From Coprobacter sp. (GTDB taxonomy: Bacteria; Bacteroidota; Bacteroidia; Bacteroidales; UBA11471), in contig JAFTRN010000030.1 in assembly GCA_017462265.1 (NCBI GenBank), positions 89,940 through 153,939 on the forward strand: a stretch of DNA of 64,000 bases, given 5' to 3'. The position numbers and the translations under genes were made by a program. The notes below the pieces were generated by a model, which worked only from the letters and a program-made list of their open reading frames with translations, did not search any database and was not told where the DNA came from. This document shows, one piece after another, positions 31,263 through 43,601 of the stretch (the stretch's first letter is position 1; each line of letters starts with the position of its first letter).

Positions 31263-34200
31263 ATGTTGTCTAAGTTTTTTATCAACCGCCCCATATTTGC
31301 GACGGTGATAGCTGTATTGATGGTCTTGGCGGGAGTCGTTTCGCTCGAAGTGTTGCCCGTGGCGCAGTTTCCCAATATCACACCGCCTACGGTGCAGGTA
31401 TCGGCGGTATATCCGGGTGCGAGTGCCGAGACGATAGCCCGCACGGTGGGTTCGGTCATCGAAGAGCAGGTAAATGGCGTAGATGGTATGATATATATGA
31501 GTTCTACCTCGTCATCGTCGGGGGCATATACGCTTACCATCACATTCGAGGTGGGAACCGACATCGATATGGCTACCGTGCTGGTACAGAATAGGGTGAA
31601 CGTAGCACAAAGTAATCTTCCCGAAGCGGTGATACAGCAGGGAATTACCACGCGTAAACAATCTACGGATATAGTGCTGTTGCTGGCCTTGGAGTCTGAT
31701 ACCACGTTGTACGATGGATTGTATCTCTCCAACTATGCGCAACTCAATTTCACCGATGAGCTGTCGCGCCTGCCCGGGGTGGGAGCTGTGACGGTGTTTG
31801 GTGCCGGCGACTATAGTATGCGTGTGTGGCTCGATCCCGAATTGATGCGTGTACGTGGAATTTCACCCTCTGATGTATATTCGGCGATACAAGCCCAGAA
31901 TATTGAGGTGTCGGCCGGTGTAGTAGGTGGCGAACCGCTGAATAAGCCCGAGGATTTTCAGTACACGCTTACGGCTCGCGGTCGATTGATTACTCCCGAT
32001 GAGTTTGGTAATCTGGTAATCAAGACTCTGCCCGGAGGTGTGTATCTGCGCTTGCGCGACATAGCCCGCATCGATTTGGGCAGTGCCGATTATAATGTTA
32101 CCTCCACACAGAATGGCCGACAGGCCGCCTCTATTGCCATATATCAATTGCCCGGATCTAATGCGCTCGATGTGTCGAGGCAGGTACGGGCCGCCATGGA
32201 CAGCATGGCCGATGATCTACCGCGCGGTGTACGATACAGCGTGGTACTCGATACGACAGCGTTTGTTTCGGCCTCGATAGATGAGGTCCTTATTACGTTT
32301 CTCGAAACAACTCTGCTGGTCGTGCTGGTGATTTTGCTCTTTTTGCAGAATATGCGGGCGGTGGTAATTCCCGCGCTCACCATACCGGTTTCGCTCATCT
32401 GCACATTTGCGGTGATGCACCTGTTTGGTTTCTCTATTAATACATTGACGCTGTTTGGCTTGGTGCTGGCCATCGCGATAGTGGTCGATGATGCGATAGT
32501 GGTGGTGGAAAATGCCTCCCGATTGCTCGATACGGGTAAATATACGCCCAAAGAGGCGGTGACGATGGCCATGGACGAGATTACCGGTCCTGTGATAGGG
32601 GTAGTATTGGTACTGTTGGCCGTGTTTATACCTACGGCATTTATCGGGGGCATTACGGGCGAATTGTATAAACAATTTGCCTTGACTATTGCCACTGCTA
32701 CCTTTTTCAGCGGGCTCAATTCGCTGACCTTCACGCCGGCGTTGTGCGCTCTTTTCTTACGCCCTACGGGCACCCCTCGCTTCTTTTTGTATCGTTGGTT
32801 CAATAAGGGATACGACAGAGTATTGGGTGGATATGTAGCGGTAATCACTCGGTTTTTACGTCGCCCGGCCGTGACCATGATGCTGTTCCTGCTGCTTACG
32901 ATAGGTTCGATATGGGTATTCCTGCGCTGGCCATCGTCGTTCTTGCCTGCCGAGGATCAGGGCTATTTCATCGTGTCGGTACAATTACCCCCGGCGGCTT
33001 CTCTGCAACGTACCGAAGCGGTTACGGCACGTATTGGTAAGCTGTTGGAGAAATATCCCGCCGTGAAATACTACACGACCATCAATGGATTTTCCATCAT
33101 GGAGGGAGGAAATGCCTCGAACGGGGCTACACTTTTTGTCGTTCTCGAAAATTGGAAGCAAAGGAAGTCGAAAGCCGAGAGTGTGTTTGCTATCGTCGAT
33201 GATTTCAATGCCCGGGCGCAAGCCATAGAAGAGGCGGTAATATATGCTGTGAATCCGCCGGCCATATCGGGATTGGGGGTGAGTGGCGGATTGGCGTTTG
33301 AATTGCAAGACCGCCATAATCGGGGGACAACAGAGCTCGAAAATGCCGTAGAGGCTCTTATGGCCGGGGTGAACAGCACACCCGAATTGGCGATGCTGAC
33401 GACCTCGTTCCAGGGTAATTCACCTCAATATTTCTTGGATATAGACCGCGATAAGGCCAAAATGCAGGGACTGAAAATCGACGATATTTTCACCACCTTG
33501 TCGCTCTATCTGGGTAGTGCCTATGTCAATGATTTTGTCGATTTCGGCCGAATATTCCAGGTGAAAATCGGCGCGCAAGCCGACAGCCGGGCCCGGGTAC
33601 AAGATGTGTTGAAATTGAGCGTGCGCAACGCCTCGGGCGATATGGTGCCCTTCTCCTCGTTTATCACGTTGCGGGAGCAGTTGGGGCAGGCCTCGGTATT
33701 GCGCTATAATATGTATCCTTCGGCGGCCATCACGGCAATACCGGCGGCAGGATACAGCTCCCAACAGGGTATAGAGGCCATGGAACGTCTTACGGCAAGT
33801 GTGTTGGGCGATAATTTCGGGTACGAATGGACGGGCGAGACCTATCAAGAGACACAGGCCGGGACCTCTATTACCACTCTGTTCCTGCTGGCCATAGTGG
33901 TGGTGATTTTGGTATTGGCGGCACAGTACGAGAGTTGGACCAGTCCCATTGCCGTGATTCTCGGTTTGCCCTTCGCCCTGTTGGGAGCTGTATTGGGGTG
34001 TATGCTACTGGGGTTGTCCATCAGTGTGTATAGTCAGATAGGTATCGTGTTGCTTATAGCCTTGTCGGCAAAAAATGCCATTCTCATCGTTGAATTTGCG
34101 CGTGACTATCGGGCACAGGGTCGCACTATTACCGAGGCCTCTATCGAGGGCGGACGGGTACGTCTGCGTCCCATATTGATGACCTCTTTGGCGTTTGTAT

Positions 34201-34370
34201 TCGGGGTAATGCCCCTCATATTCGCCACGGGAGCGGGGGCCGAGAGTCGTATAGCGCTGGGCACGGCGGTGGTGTTTGGTATGGCGGTGAATACCCTCCT
34301 TGGTACGTTGTTCATACCCAACTTTTATCATCTGATGCAGTCGATACAAGAGCGTATCACGGGGCGATAA
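31263..34370 (+). CDS. HAE1 family RND efflux permease (AcrB-like)
   Basis: [43 protein letters not shown]. Confidence 0.96.
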   Translation: MLSKFFINRPIFATVIAVLMVLAGVVSLEVLPVAQFPNITPPTVQVSAVYPGASAETIARTVGSVIEEQVNGVDGMIYMSSTSSSSGAYTLTITFEVGTDIDMATVLVQNRVNVAQSNLPEAVIQQGITTRKQSTDIVLLLALESDTTLYDGLYLSNYAQLNFTDELSRLPGVGAVTVFGAGDYSMRVWLDPELMRVRGISPSDVYSAIQAQNIEVSAGVVGGEPLNKPEDFQYTLTARGRLITPDEFGNLVIKTLPGGVYLRLRDIARIDLGSADYNVTSTQNGRQAASIAIYQLPGSNALDVSRQVRAAMDSMADDLPRGVRYSVVLDTTAFVSASIDEVLITFLETTLLVVLVILLFLQNMRAVVIPALTIPVSLICTFAVMHLFGFSINTLTLFGLVLAIAIVVDDAIVVVENASRLLDTGKYTPKEAVTMAMDEITGPVIGVVLVLLAVFIPTAFIGGITGELYKQFALTIATATFFSGLNSLTFTPALCALFLRPTGTPRFFLYRWFNKGYDRVLGGYVAVITRFLRRPAVTMMLFLLLTIGSIWVFLRWPSSFLPAEDQGYFIVSVQLPPAASLQRTEAVTARIGKLLEKYPAVKYYTTINGFSIMEGGNASNGATLFVVLENWKQRKSKAESVFAIVDDFNARAQAIEEAVIYAVNPPAISGLGVSGGLAFELQDRHNRGTTELENAVEALMAGVNSTPELAMLTTSFQGNSPQYFLDIDRDKAKMQGLKIDDIFTTLSLYLGSAYVNDFVDFGRIFQVKIGAQADSRARVQDVLKLSVRNASGDMVPFSSFITLREQLGQASVLRYNMYPSAAITAIPAAGYSSQQGIEAMERLTASVLGDNFGYEWTGETYQETQAGTSITTLFLLAIVVVILVLAAQYESWTSPIAVILGLPFALLGAVLGCMLLGLSISVYSQIGIVLLIALSAKNAILIVEFARDYRAQGRTITEASIEGGRVRLRPILMTSLAFVFGVMPLIFATGAGAESRIALGTAVVFGMAVNTLLGTLFIPNFYHLMQSIQERITGR

Positions 34371-34433
34371 AAGTAAGGTCGCACCTTCTCACGAAGCCAC
34401 GACCTTGGGGAATGTATTTGAGGGAGAAAAATA

Positions 34434-35816
34434 TTAGAAATCAAATCGCAATCCTACTGAGAAGATGTGCGCTTTCAGTTTGTAGTTACGCTCGAAAGCT
34501 CCGCCGGTCGAGTATGCGTCGGGATAAGAACCGGTACGAGAGCAACAAGCGGGGTTTACAAAGGCGTAAGAGAGGTCTATCGCCATGAAGTCGGCCGGTT
34601 TCAACGAGAGACCGCAGGTGTAACCCATACGGTTCATCGAGGGGGTCTCGGGGTTGAGCAGTTTGCTCTTTACCGGAGTTTGATCGAAATATACACCGGC
34701 ACGGGCGTGCAACCAGTCGAGAGCCTGATATTCGGCACCTACACGGGCGCAGATGGTGTTGGAGTAGCTTTTCTCAGATTTTTGTTCTACGCCTTGTACG
34801 GGAAATTTAATATTGAGCTCGTCGTAAGCCTTCCAGCCTATCCATTGTACGTCGGCATTTACAGTCCATTTGGTGGTGGGACGATACGATACACCCCAAG
34901 TGATGGTCTGAGGGAGGGGAAGCTCGGCGGTAAGTTGTTCCTCGTCGAGCAATGCGGCAGTACCTACAGCGGTGGCAATCGATTGGTTGGTTTGTGCCAC
35001 GGCTTGGAGTATTTGTTGTACATGGTCGCTGTAATAGTCAAACTCGGCCTCGCCCTCTTCTACCTTCATATTCATTTGCGAACGGTAGTTCATACCGATA
35101 GACCATTGTTCGTTGATATCCCACAAGATACCTACGTTCACACCGAGAGCCACTTTGGAATCACCGCTGAATTCGCCCGACAATAAAGCACCCGAGTTGT
35201 TGATAACTTGTGCATATTGTCCATAAACGGGATTGAGAGCGGCGGCTTGTTGCAATGCTCCGGCTATCATGCTGTTCATCGTGGTGGGTATTACGGCCTT
35301 TGACAGCTCGAAGTTACCCCACGAAATCATCAATCCGGCACCGATGGAGAGGTTGTCGAGAATCTTGAATGATACGGTGGGTTGCACGGTGAAGGCTTTG
35401 AGATTGATGCTTTGTATCATGTGTGCACCCGACCAGTTGTCACCCCAGTTCATGGCCGAGCCGTCGGGTGTGTAGAAAGCCACACCGGCCGACATGAAAT
35501 TACAGGGTTTGAAGTTGAGATATACGTGGAGGGGTGTGGATAATGCGTTGTCGGAGTTCTCGATGGTCGAGGTAGCCAGGTTCTTGGCTTTAACGCTCGA
35601 TTTTATGCCGGCGAAACCGCCCGATATAGAGGTGAGTTGTTCTTGGAATACTGCCGCTGCAGGGTTGAAATAGAGTGACTCGGAATTGAGTTTCATGGCA
35701 ACACCGGTATTAGCCATACCGGTTTGGCGGGCTGAGAAGTTGTTGATTTGATAACCTTCTGCAACAGCCGTCATGGTGAATGTCGCAGCAAGAATTGAGA
35801 GTAATAGTTTTTTCAT
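34434..35816 (-). CDS. FadL/OmpP1 family outer membrane transporter
   Basis: AEGYQIN..SARQTGMA, YFNPA, C-terminal F. Confidence 0.85.
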   Translation of the reverse strand: MKKLLLSILAATFTMTAVAEGYQINNFSARQTGMANTGVAMKLNSESLYFNPAAAVFQEQLTSISGGFAGIKSSVKAKNLATSTIENSDNALSTPLHVYLNFKPCNFMSAGVAFYTPDGSAMNWGDNWSGAHMIQSINLKAFTVQPTVSFKILDNLSIGAGLMISWGNFELSKAVIPTTMNSMIAGALQQAAALNPVYGQYAQVINNSGALLSGEFSGDSKVALGVNVGILWDINEQWSIGMNYRSQMNMKVEEGEAEFDYYSDHVQQILQAVAQTNQSIATAVGTAALLDEEQLTAELPLPQTITWGVSYRPTTKWTVNADVQWIGWKAYDELNIKFPVQGVEQKSEKSYSNTICARVGAEYQALDWLHARAGVYFDQTPVKSKLLNPETPSMNRMGYTCGLSLKPADFMAIDLSYAFVNPACCSRTGSYPDAYSTGGAFERNYKLKAHIFSVGLRFDF

Positions 35817-36125
35817 ACGATAGTGTTTGTTTTTTGAAATCGGGTGCAAAGGTAAGGCTATTCTTTTTAAAAACCATAGATTTTTTTAAGAAATTGCACA
35901 TTTGTCTCAAAAGTGTGCGGCACAAATTGTTTGGTTTTGTGCAAAATTATAAGGGCAACTATTCAGTAAATCAGATAAATAGAGGATTGTTTTAAAACCA
36001 AAATTTGCACAAGAAAAAACTTTTTGTGCAAATTCTATTCAGTACAGAGAGCAATAGTATTGAGGTAAAAACAAACAAGGCAAGCCCGTTGCCGAGCTTG
36101 CCTTGCAATGTACATGAGTGGTGGC

Positions 36126-37601
36126 TTATTTCTCTTTTTTCCACAATTTGCTCATATCTTCGAGGGTTTTGCCTTTGGTCTCGGGTACGAGTTTCCATAC
36201 AAAGATGGCGGCAATAACGCAGATGATGCCATAGAGCGCGTAGGCAAACATGTGGCCGAACTTTTCGCCCATATCGCCGAGGCTCATATTGTACATCGGA
36301 ACGAATGTCGATGATACGATGAAGTTGAATATCCATTGGAATGCAACGGCGATAGCCACGGCAGCACCGCGAATGGTGTTGGGGAATATCTCGGCGATGA
36401 GTACCCAGCAGATGGGACCCCACGAGAACATGAACGATGCCGAGTACACCATAATGCTGATAACCGATACGATGGCGGGCAGGTCGCAGAGGTTGCACAG
36501 GGCTACACCCAGCGCGCCTACGGCCATACCGAGAGAACCCGATATGAGGAGCGGTTTGCGACCGAGTTTCTCTACGGTGAATACGGCAACAAGGGTGAAC
36601 AGTATATTTACGATACCCATCATCACGGTCTGTACCATGGGATTACCCATACCCATCGATTCGAATATACGAGGTGCGAAATAGAGTACGGCGTTGATAC
36701 CTACGGCTTGTTGGAATACCGAGAGCATAATACCTACGAAGATGACCAGTACGCCATAGGTGAAGAGCTTCTCTTTCTTCTCTTCGGCGGTCGCCTTGAT
36801 TTCGGCCAGAATTTCTTTAGCTTTGCTATATCCGTTGATACGTTCGAGTACTGAGAGGGCTTTGTTGTCGTTGCCTGTCATGGCCAGGTAGCGCGGAGTC
36901 TCGGGTACGAAGCATACAAGTAGGGTGAAAAGTCCGGCGGGGAAAGCTTCGCTACCGAACATCAGACGCCACCCGGTCTCGGTGGCCCAGAGTGATTCAC
37001 CCGGATTCATAATCTGGTTGATACCATCAATAGCTTTGATTACGGGGTTGATATTATCGCCCAAGATGAGGAAGTTTACAAAGTAAACCACTAATTGTCC
37101 GAAGATAATGGCGAATTGGTTCCACGATACCAGTGTGCCGCGAATGTTCGACGGAGCCACTTCGGCAATGTACATGGGGCAGATAGCCGAAGCAAGACCT
37201 ACACCTACACCGCCTAAGATGCGGTAGAAGTTGAAAGCTATGAGCAACGCGTAGTCGGCTTTACCATATTCGAAGAACAAAAATTCGGGATAATAAGAGC
37301 CGAGAGCCGACAAGAAAAAGAATACACCGGCCATGATGAGAGAGTTTTTACGGCCGAGACGGGTGGCACATATACCCGAGATAGCACTACCTATGATACA
37401 GCCTATGAGGGCGCTCGATGAGGTGAATCCGTGCATGAAGTCGGTATATACAAAGTCGGTGGCACCCATAAAGAATGCTTGGAGACCTTTTTCGGCTCCT
37501 GAGATGACGGCAGTATCGTAACCAAACAACAAACCACCGAGCACGGCTACGAGCACGATGGAAAACAGATAGGTCTTACTGCCTTTTTCTTGATGATTCA
37601 T
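36126..37601 (-). CDS. xylE: D-xylose:proton symporter
   Basis: GGLLFGYDTAVISGA, PETPR, QQAVGIN, PETKGKTLE; in xyl operon. Confidence 0.92.
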   Translation of the reverse strand: MNHQEKGSKTYLFSIVLVAVLGGLLFGYDTAVISGAEKGLQAFFMGATDFVYTDFMHGFTSSSALIGCIIGSAISGICATRLGRKNSLIMAGVFFFLSALGSYYPEFLFFEYGKADYALLIAFNFYRILGGVGVGLASAICPMYIAEVAPSNIRGTLVSWNQFAIIFGQLVVYFVNFLILGDNINPVIKAIDGINQIMNPGESLWATETGWRLMFGSEAFPAGLFTLLVCFVPETPRYLAMTGNDNKALSVLERINGYSKAKEILAEIKATAEEKKEKLFTYGVLVIFVGIMLSVFQQAVGINAVLYFAPRIFESMGMGNPMVQTVMMGIVNILFTLVAVFTVEKLGRKPLLISGSLGMAVGALGVALCNLCDLPAIVSVISIMVYSASFMFSWGPICWVLIAEIFPNTIRGAAVAIAVAFQWIFNFIVSSTFVPMYNMSLGDMGEKFGHMFAYALYGIICVIAAIFVWKLVPETKGKTLEDMSKLWKKEK

Positions 37602-37743
37602 GGTATGAATACGTTTTTTATGAAGCTGATAACAATAGAGTGTTTAACACAGCTTCGGGTGGTACTTGGATTGGATTTAAGACGAAAAGGTTATAAGCGT
37701 CGTTTTGTGGCGACGCCTATAACCTTAGAATGAAAATTCTCGA

Positions 37744-39060
37744 TTAGCAGTACATGTTCAAGATTGCTTCGTAGAGCTCTTGTTTACCGCTTACTTGTTT
37801 GGGTTCACCTACTTGTTTACCGTATGCGTAAACATCTTCGAGGGTGAGTTTGCCCTCTTCAAATTCTTTACCTTTACCGCTGTCGAACGATGCGTAACGG
37901 TCAGCAAGCATCTGTTTGTAGGGCGACTCTTCGAGCAGTTGAGCAGCGCTTTCCAATGCACGAGCCATAGCGTCCATACCGGCGATGTGAGCGATGAATA
38001 TGTCTTCGAGGTCGGTAGAGTTACGACGTGTTTTGGCATCGAAATTGGTACCGCCGTTTCCGAAACCACCATTGCGAATGATTTGCATCATGGCTTGGGT
38101 AAGTTCGTAGTTGTCGATGGGGAATTGGTCGGTATCCCAGCCGTTTTGGTAGTCACCGCGGTTGGCGTCGATAGAACCGAGCATATCGTTATCTACGGCT
38201 ACAGCCAATTCGTGTTCGAAAGTGTGACCGGCGAGGGTGGCGTGGTTTACCTCGATATTTACTTTGAAGTCTTTGTCGAGGTTGTGTGCTTTCAAGAATC
38301 CGATTACGGTCTCAGTATCTACATCGTATTGATGTTTAGAGGGTTCCATGGGTTTCGGCTCGATGAGGAACGTACCGGTGAAACCTTTGGCACGAGCATA
38401 GTCACGAGCCAAGGTCAGCATTTGAGCCAAGTGCTCTTTTTCACGTTTTTGGTCGGTATTGAGCAGAGACATATAGCCTTCGCGACCTCCCCAGAATACA
38501 TAGTTGGTACCGCCGAGCTCGATAGTGGCATCGATGGCGTTTTTGATTTGAACGGCAGCACGGGCTACAACGTCGAATTCGGGGTTGGTGGCGGCACCGT
38601 TCATGTAACGAGCGTGGCCGAATACGTTGGCAGTACCCCACAACAGTTTGATACCGGTCTCGGCTTGTTTTTGTTTCAAGTAAGCCACTACCTCTTTCAA
38701 GTTGGCTTCATATTCTTCTACGGTATCGGCTTCGGTGCACAGGTCGATGTCGTGGAAGCAATAGTACTCGATACCCATTTTTTGCATGAATTCAAAGCCT
38801 GCATCTACTTTATCTTTTGCGGCTTGTACTTTGTCGGGATTTACATTCCAAGGGAATTTTTTCGTTCCACCACCGAATTGGTCACCGCCTTCGGCGCACA
38901 GAGTATGCCACCAAGCCATAGCGAATTTCAACCATTCGCTCATTTTTTTACCCATGATTACTTTGTCGGCATCGTAGTAACGGAATGCCATGGGGTTGCG
39001 GCTTTCTTTGCCTTCGAATTTGATTTTTCCTATTCCGGGAAAAAATTCTTTTGTTGCCAT
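37744..39060 (-). CDS. xylA: Xylose isomerase
   Basis: [30 protein letters not shown]. Confidence 0.98.
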   Translation of the reverse strand: MATKEFFPGIGKIKFEGKESRNPMAFRYYDADKVIMGKKMSEWLKFAMAWWHTLCAEGGDQFGGGTKKFPWNVNPDKVQAAKDKVDAGFEFMQKMGIEYYCFHDIDLCTEADTVEEYEANLKEVVAYLKQKQAETGIKLLWGTANVFGHARYMNGAATNPEFDVVARAAVQIKNAIDATIELGGTNYVFWGGREGYMSLLNTDQKREKEHLAQMLTLARDYARAKGFTGTFLIEPKPMEPSKHQYDVDTETVIGFLKAHNLDKDFKVNIEVNHATLAGHTFEHELAVAVDNDMLGSIDANRGDYQNGWDTDQFPIDNYELTQAMMQIIRNGGFGNGGTNFDAKTRRNSTDLEDIFIAHIAGMDAMARALESAAQLLEESPYKQMLADRYASFDSGKGKEFEEGKLTLEDVYAYGKQVGEPKQVSGKQELYEAILNMYC

Positions 39061-39111
39061 AATTTTTATGTTTTTAGAAGTTAATATTACTTATTATAAT
39101 GGATAAATTTC

Positions 39112-40599
39112 TTATTTTATGAGGTTTTCTACAATGCCTTTCCAGCGTGCGTAGGCCTCTTGGTAGGCGGATACGTCTTGAGCGTGGGGTTCGATGACCT
39201 GTATTTTCTTCAGCGACGAGAATGCCTCCTCGGTCGATTTGTAGATACCGGCACCGATACCGGCACCCTTGGCTGCACCTACCGAGCCGTCGGTGTCGTA
39301 GAGTTCGATGGTGGCCTCGGTTACACCGGCCAATGTGTCACGGAATATGGGACTGAGGAACATATTGGCATGACCGGCTTTTATGGTGCGTATGTCGATA
39401 CCGATGCTTTCCATGATTTCCATTCCGTACTTGAACGAGAACACGATACCTTCTTGGGCGGCACGCATCAGGTGGTAGCGGTCGTGGCGGTTGTAGTTGA
39501 GTCCATGTATCGATGCGCCGATTTCCTTGTTTTGCAATATGCGCTCGGCACCATTACCGAAAGGCACGATGCTCACACCATCGCAACCAATACCCACCTG
39601 CGAGGCGAGCAGATTCATATCCGAGTAGGAAATATCTTCGGGGGCTACGTTGCGTTTTATCCATGAGTTGAGAATACCCGTGCCGTTGATACAGAGCAAT
39701 ACGCCGAGACGTGTCTGGTCTTTTTTATGATTTACGTGCGCGAAGGTGTTGACGCGCGATTTTGGATCATAATTTACCGAGCCGTTGATACCATATACCA
39801 CCCCCGATGTTCCGGCGGTAGAGGCTATCTCGCCGGGATTGAATACGTTGAGTGATAATGCGTTGTTGGGCTGGTCACCGGCACGATAAGTCACGGGTGT
39901 ACCGGCTTTCAGACCGAGTGCTTGGGCGGCTTGTGCGTGTACGGCGCCTTGTATGCCGAATGTCGGTACGATTTTGGCGATGAGACTCTCGTCGAATCCA
40001 TAGTGTGCGAGAAGTTCTTTCGACACACATTCGTTTTTGAAGTCCCAGAATATACCTTCGGAGAGGCCCGATACCGTGGTGCGAATGTCGCCGGTGAGTC
40101 GCATGGCGATGTAGTCGCCCGGCAACATGATTTTATCTATTTTTTCGAAGATTTCGGGTTCATTCTCCTTGATCCATGCCAATTTCGAGGCGGTGAAGTT
40201 ACCGGGTGAATTGAGCAGATGTTCGAGGCAGAAACTTTCGCCTAAGGCATTGAACGCTTTTTCGCCGTAAGGTACTGCGCGGCTGTCGCACCATATAATG
40301 GCGGGGCGCAACACGTTTTGGTCTTTATCTACTACAATCAGTCCGTGCATTTGGTAGGAGATACCGATAGCCTTTATCTCCGAACCGTCGATACCCGATT
40401 GGTTCAATACCGATTGAGTGGCGGCTTGCAGATTTTCCCACCAACGTTCGGGGTTTTGCTCGGCCCAGCCCGATTTTACGGCGATGATTTCCATTTCTTG
40501 TTTGGGGGAGAAATCCGAGGCAACACACGCGCCGGTCTGTGCATCGACGAGCGAGGCTTTTACCGACGAACTACCTATGTCGTATCCTAATAAATACAT
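39112..40599 (-). CDS. xylB: Xylulokinase
   Basis: GYDIGSSS, ISYQMHG, IIWCDSR, GDQ; FGGY kinase adjacent to xylA. Confidence 0.93.
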   Translation of the reverse strand: MYLLGYDIGSSSVKASLVDAQTGACVASDFSPKQEMEIIAVKSGWAEQNPERWWENLQAATQSVLNQSGIDGSEIKAIGISYQMHGLIVVDKDQNVLRPAIIWCDSRAVPYGEKAFNALGESFCLEHLLNSPGNFTASKLAWIKENEPEIFEKIDKIMLPGDYIAMRLTGDIRTTVSGLSEGIFWDFKNECVSKELLAHYGFDESLIAKIVPTFGIQGAVHAQAAQALGLKAGTPVTYRAGDQPNNALSLNVFNPGEIASTAGTSGVVYGINGSVNYDPKSRVNTFAHVNHKKDQTRLGVLLCINGTGILNSWIKRNVAPEDISYSDMNLLASQVGIGCDGVSIVPFGNGAERILQNKEIGASIHGLNYNRHDRYHLMRAAQEGIVFSFKYGMEIMESIGIDIRTIKAGHANMFLSPIFRDTLAGVTEATIELYDTDGSVGAAKGAGIGAGIYKSTEEAFSSLKKIQVIEPHAQDVSAYQEAYARWKGIVENLIK

Positions 40600-40987
40600 A
40601 GTATTCTTGTTTAGATTTGAAGGTGTTTTAAATTTTATTTTTATGAAACAGAAAACAGTGTCATGGTTTCAGCCGTAAAGATACAATTTCTTACCTTAAT
40701 TTCTATGTAAAATTTATTCTTTTTGGAATTTTTGATTTAAAAAAGTGTTACAATATTGATTTTTAACTTGGTAATACCTCTTTTCGGAAATGATATTATA
40801 GTCGCTTTCGGTGCTGAAACAACCGAAAGTGTACTTTTCGGGCATTGTTTTTGCCTCGAATTTATTTATTTTATGAACATCTGTAGCAAAAATATCTACT
40901 TTCCCTATGAAAATATACACATCGCTGTATTGCTCATATCTGCTTTTTTTGCTATCTTCGCCATATCATTTCAAAATCGTATAACAT

Positions 40988-41365
40988 ATGAAAACCGTAA
41001 TTGCAACTAAGTCTGCCCCTGCGGCTATCGGCCCCTATAGCCAAGCCATACAAGTGGGAAATATGCTTTTTACTTCTGGACAAATTCCTATCGATCCCGC
41101 TACCGGACAATTTGTAGAGGGAGGTATCACCGAGCAGACGACACAAGTGTTTGCCAACCTCAAAGCTGTACTTGCCGAGGCCGGATATACCTTCGACGAT
41201 GTGGTGAAGACCACCGTATTCTTGGCCGATATGTCACTTTTCGTGCCGATGAATGAGGTGTATGCCGCTCAGTTTACCGGCGCTTTTCCCGCTCGCTCGG
41301 CCGTAGCTGTAAAAGAACTCCCCAAAGGCGCCCTCGTCGAAATCGAAGTCGTTGCCGTAAAATAA
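40988..41365 (+). CDS. ridA: RidA/YjgF enamine deaminase
   Basis: [31 protein letters not shown]. Confidence 0.93.
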   Translation: MKTVIATKSAPAAIGPYSQAIQVGNMLFTSGQIPIDPATGQFVEGGITEQTTQVFANLKAVLAEAGYTFDDVVKTTVFLADMSLFVPMNEVYAAQFTGAFPARSAVAVKELPKGALVEIEVVAVK

Positions 41366-41542
41366 GCCGGCAGTTCTTTACGAGAAACCTCCGGTTGTAA
41401 AATAAACGTGTGTTCAGATCGATTTGGACACACGTTTTATTTTTGCGTACACACGCCCCGGGTATCCCTACAATGATAGTTTTATCAAAAAAACAGTGCG
41501 CATCTTTCGGTGCGCACTGTTTGTAGGGTGGGTATTTGTGAA

Positions 41543-43564
41543 TTACCAAATAACTACACGCTCGGCAGGCTCCATATACATGGGCATATCGGGGGTAATA
41601 CCGAACGCGTCGTAGAAGGTCTCGATGTTTTTCAAGGCTGCATTTACGCGCCAGCGTCCCAGGGAGTGCGAGTCGATGCGGGTACGACGCAGTATCTCCT
41701 CATCGCGTATATTGCTGGCCCACAAAGCTGCGTAGGCCAAGTAGAAACGTTGCTCGGGGGTAAATCCGTCGATAGGTTGCAACGCGGTATCTTGTGTGGC
41801 ATTTTTGAAAGCCGTGTAGGCGACGCGCAATCCGCCTTGGTCGGCAATGTTCTCTCCCAGAGTGAATCGGCCGTTGGCGTGTACGGTATCGAGCACGATG
41901 ATATTGTTGAATTGCTCTACGAGTACATCGGCGAGGGCATTGAATTTCTTGGCATCTTCGTCGGTCCACCAGTTGTTCAGATTACCGGTCTTGTCGAACT
42001 GACGGCCCATATCATCGAATCCGTGTGTCATTTCGTGACCTATCACCACACCTATGGCACCATAGTTCACGGCATCGTCGGCATCGGCATAGAAGAAGGG
42101 CGGTTGCAGTATGCCGGCCGGGAAACATATTTCGTTGGTCGTAGGGTTGTAATAGGCGTTTACGGTCTGCGGACTCATATACCAACGCGATTTATCGACA
42201 GGTTTATCTACATTCGACAGCATATATTCCATCTCGAAACGCGAAGCTGCCTTCAGGTTTTCCCAATAGCTTTTTTCGGTGGTAATATTGAGCGAAGAGT
42301 AGTCGCGCCATTTATCGGGATAACCGATTTTCACGGTAAAGGCGGCTAATTTCTCTTGTGCTTTGAGCTTGGTTTCCTCGCTCATCCATTCGAGGTTGCC
42401 GATATGTTGATGCAGGGCTTTTTGCAGATTACCGACCAATTTCAACATACGGTCCTTAGATTCTTGGGGGAAGTATTTGGCAACATACAATTCGCCGATG
42501 GCTTCACTCAGTACAGCGTCGGTGGTACCGAGCGAACGTTTCCAGCGGGCGCGTTGCTCTTGCTTGCCCGAGAGAGTGCGACCGAAGAAATCGAATCGGG
42601 CGGCTACAAAATCGTCGCTCAGGTACGAGGCGGCGTTGTTGAGTAGGGTGAATGTGAGATAGTCTTTGATTTCGTTCTCCGAGAGTTGTGCGTAGAGTTT
42701 GTCAAACCCGGCGAAGAAGGGTGTCTGACTTACGTCGATATGTTGCAGATTGTTTACGCCCAATCCCTCGAAGTAGGTGTGCCAATCGAAGTTTTTATGC
42801 TCTTTGGCAAAGGTGGTGTAGGGCATACGGTTGTAGTTGAGATAGGGATTGCGCAACTCCTCTTTGGCAAAAGATATTTGGGCCAGTTGTGTCTCGATTT
42901 TGGTTACGGATTGACGAGCGGCCTCGGCGGCCTCGTCGCTATATCCGGCGAGGCGGAACAGGGTGACGATATAGCGGTGATATGCGTCACGTATGGCTAT
43001 GTTGGCACTATCGTCGATGAGGTAATAATCCCTGTCACCCAGTGCTATACCGCCCTGAGAAATACTCAACAGATTCATGTCGCTGTTTTTCATGTCGGCG
43101 CCGACGTATGTGCCGAAAAACGGATATACGCCGTCCATGTGCATCTGAGCCACCAATGCGGTAAGGGCTTTTTTACCCGTAGTACCGGCTATCTGCTCCA
43201 TGTCGGCTTTGAGAGGGGTTACTCCCTCGGCATTGAGGCGTACACTGTCGAGACCTAAGTTGTACAGATCGCCGATTTTCTTGGCTACACTGCCGGCCGG
43301 TTGTTCTTTTTCACTTAACTCGGATACCAACTCATTCACTTGCTTTTCGCACACCTCTATGAGGTAGTCGAACGAGCCATAGCGGCTGTATTCGGGTTTC
43401 AATGGATTGTTTTTCATCCAACCGCCACAAGCGTATTGGTAGAAATCCTCGCCCGGTGTAACGCTCTGGTCGAAATTGGCGAGGTCGATAGGTTTTTTAG
43501 GTTGTTCGGTACATGCCGATAATACCATACCGGCAGCGAATGACAACATCATCAGTTTTTTCAT
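41543..43564 (-). CDS. pepO: M13 family metallopeptidase (PepO), lipoprotein
   Basis: DFYQYACGGW, VNAYY, HEMTH, GENIAD. Confidence 0.92.
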   Translation of the reverse strand: MKKLMMLSFAAGMVLSACTEQPKKPIDLANFDQSVTPGEDFYQYACGGWMKNNPLKPEYSRYGSFDYLIEVCEKQVNELVSELSEKEQPAGSVAKKIGDLYNLGLDSVRLNAEGVTPLKADMEQIAGTTGKKALTALVAQMHMDGVYPFFGTYVGADMKNSDMNLLSISQGGIALGDRDYYLIDDSANIAIRDAYHRYIVTLFRLAGYSDEAAEAARQSVTKIETQLAQISFAKEELRNPYLNYNRMPYTTFAKEHKNFDWHTYFEGLGVNNLQHIDVSQTPFFAGFDKLYAQLSENEIKDYLTFTLLNNAASYLSDDFVAARFDFFGRTLSGKQEQRARWKRSLGTTDAVLSEAIGELYVAKYFPQESKDRMLKLVGNLQKALHQHIGNLEWMSEETKLKAQEKLAAFTVKIGYPDKWRDYSSLNITTEKSYWENLKAASRFEMEYMLSNVDKPVDKSRWYMSPQTVNAYYNPTTNEICFPAGILQPPFFYADADDAVNYGAIGVVIGHEMTHGFDDMGRQFDKTGNLNNWWTDEDAKKFNALADVLVEQFNNIIVLDTVHANGRFTLGENIADQGGLRVAYTAFKNATQDTALQPIDGFTPEQRFYLAYAALWASNIRDEEILRRTRIDSHSLGRWRVNAALKNIETFYDAFGITPDMPMYMEPAERVVIW

Positions 43565-43601
43565 TTTATGTGATTTTAAAATTCTTTCTGAAAAGTCGTT
43601 T

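Noticed and set aside
37780-39084. 434 aa antisense ORF opposite xylA
   Set aside because: Mirrors xylA codon for codon; same shadow-ORF effect
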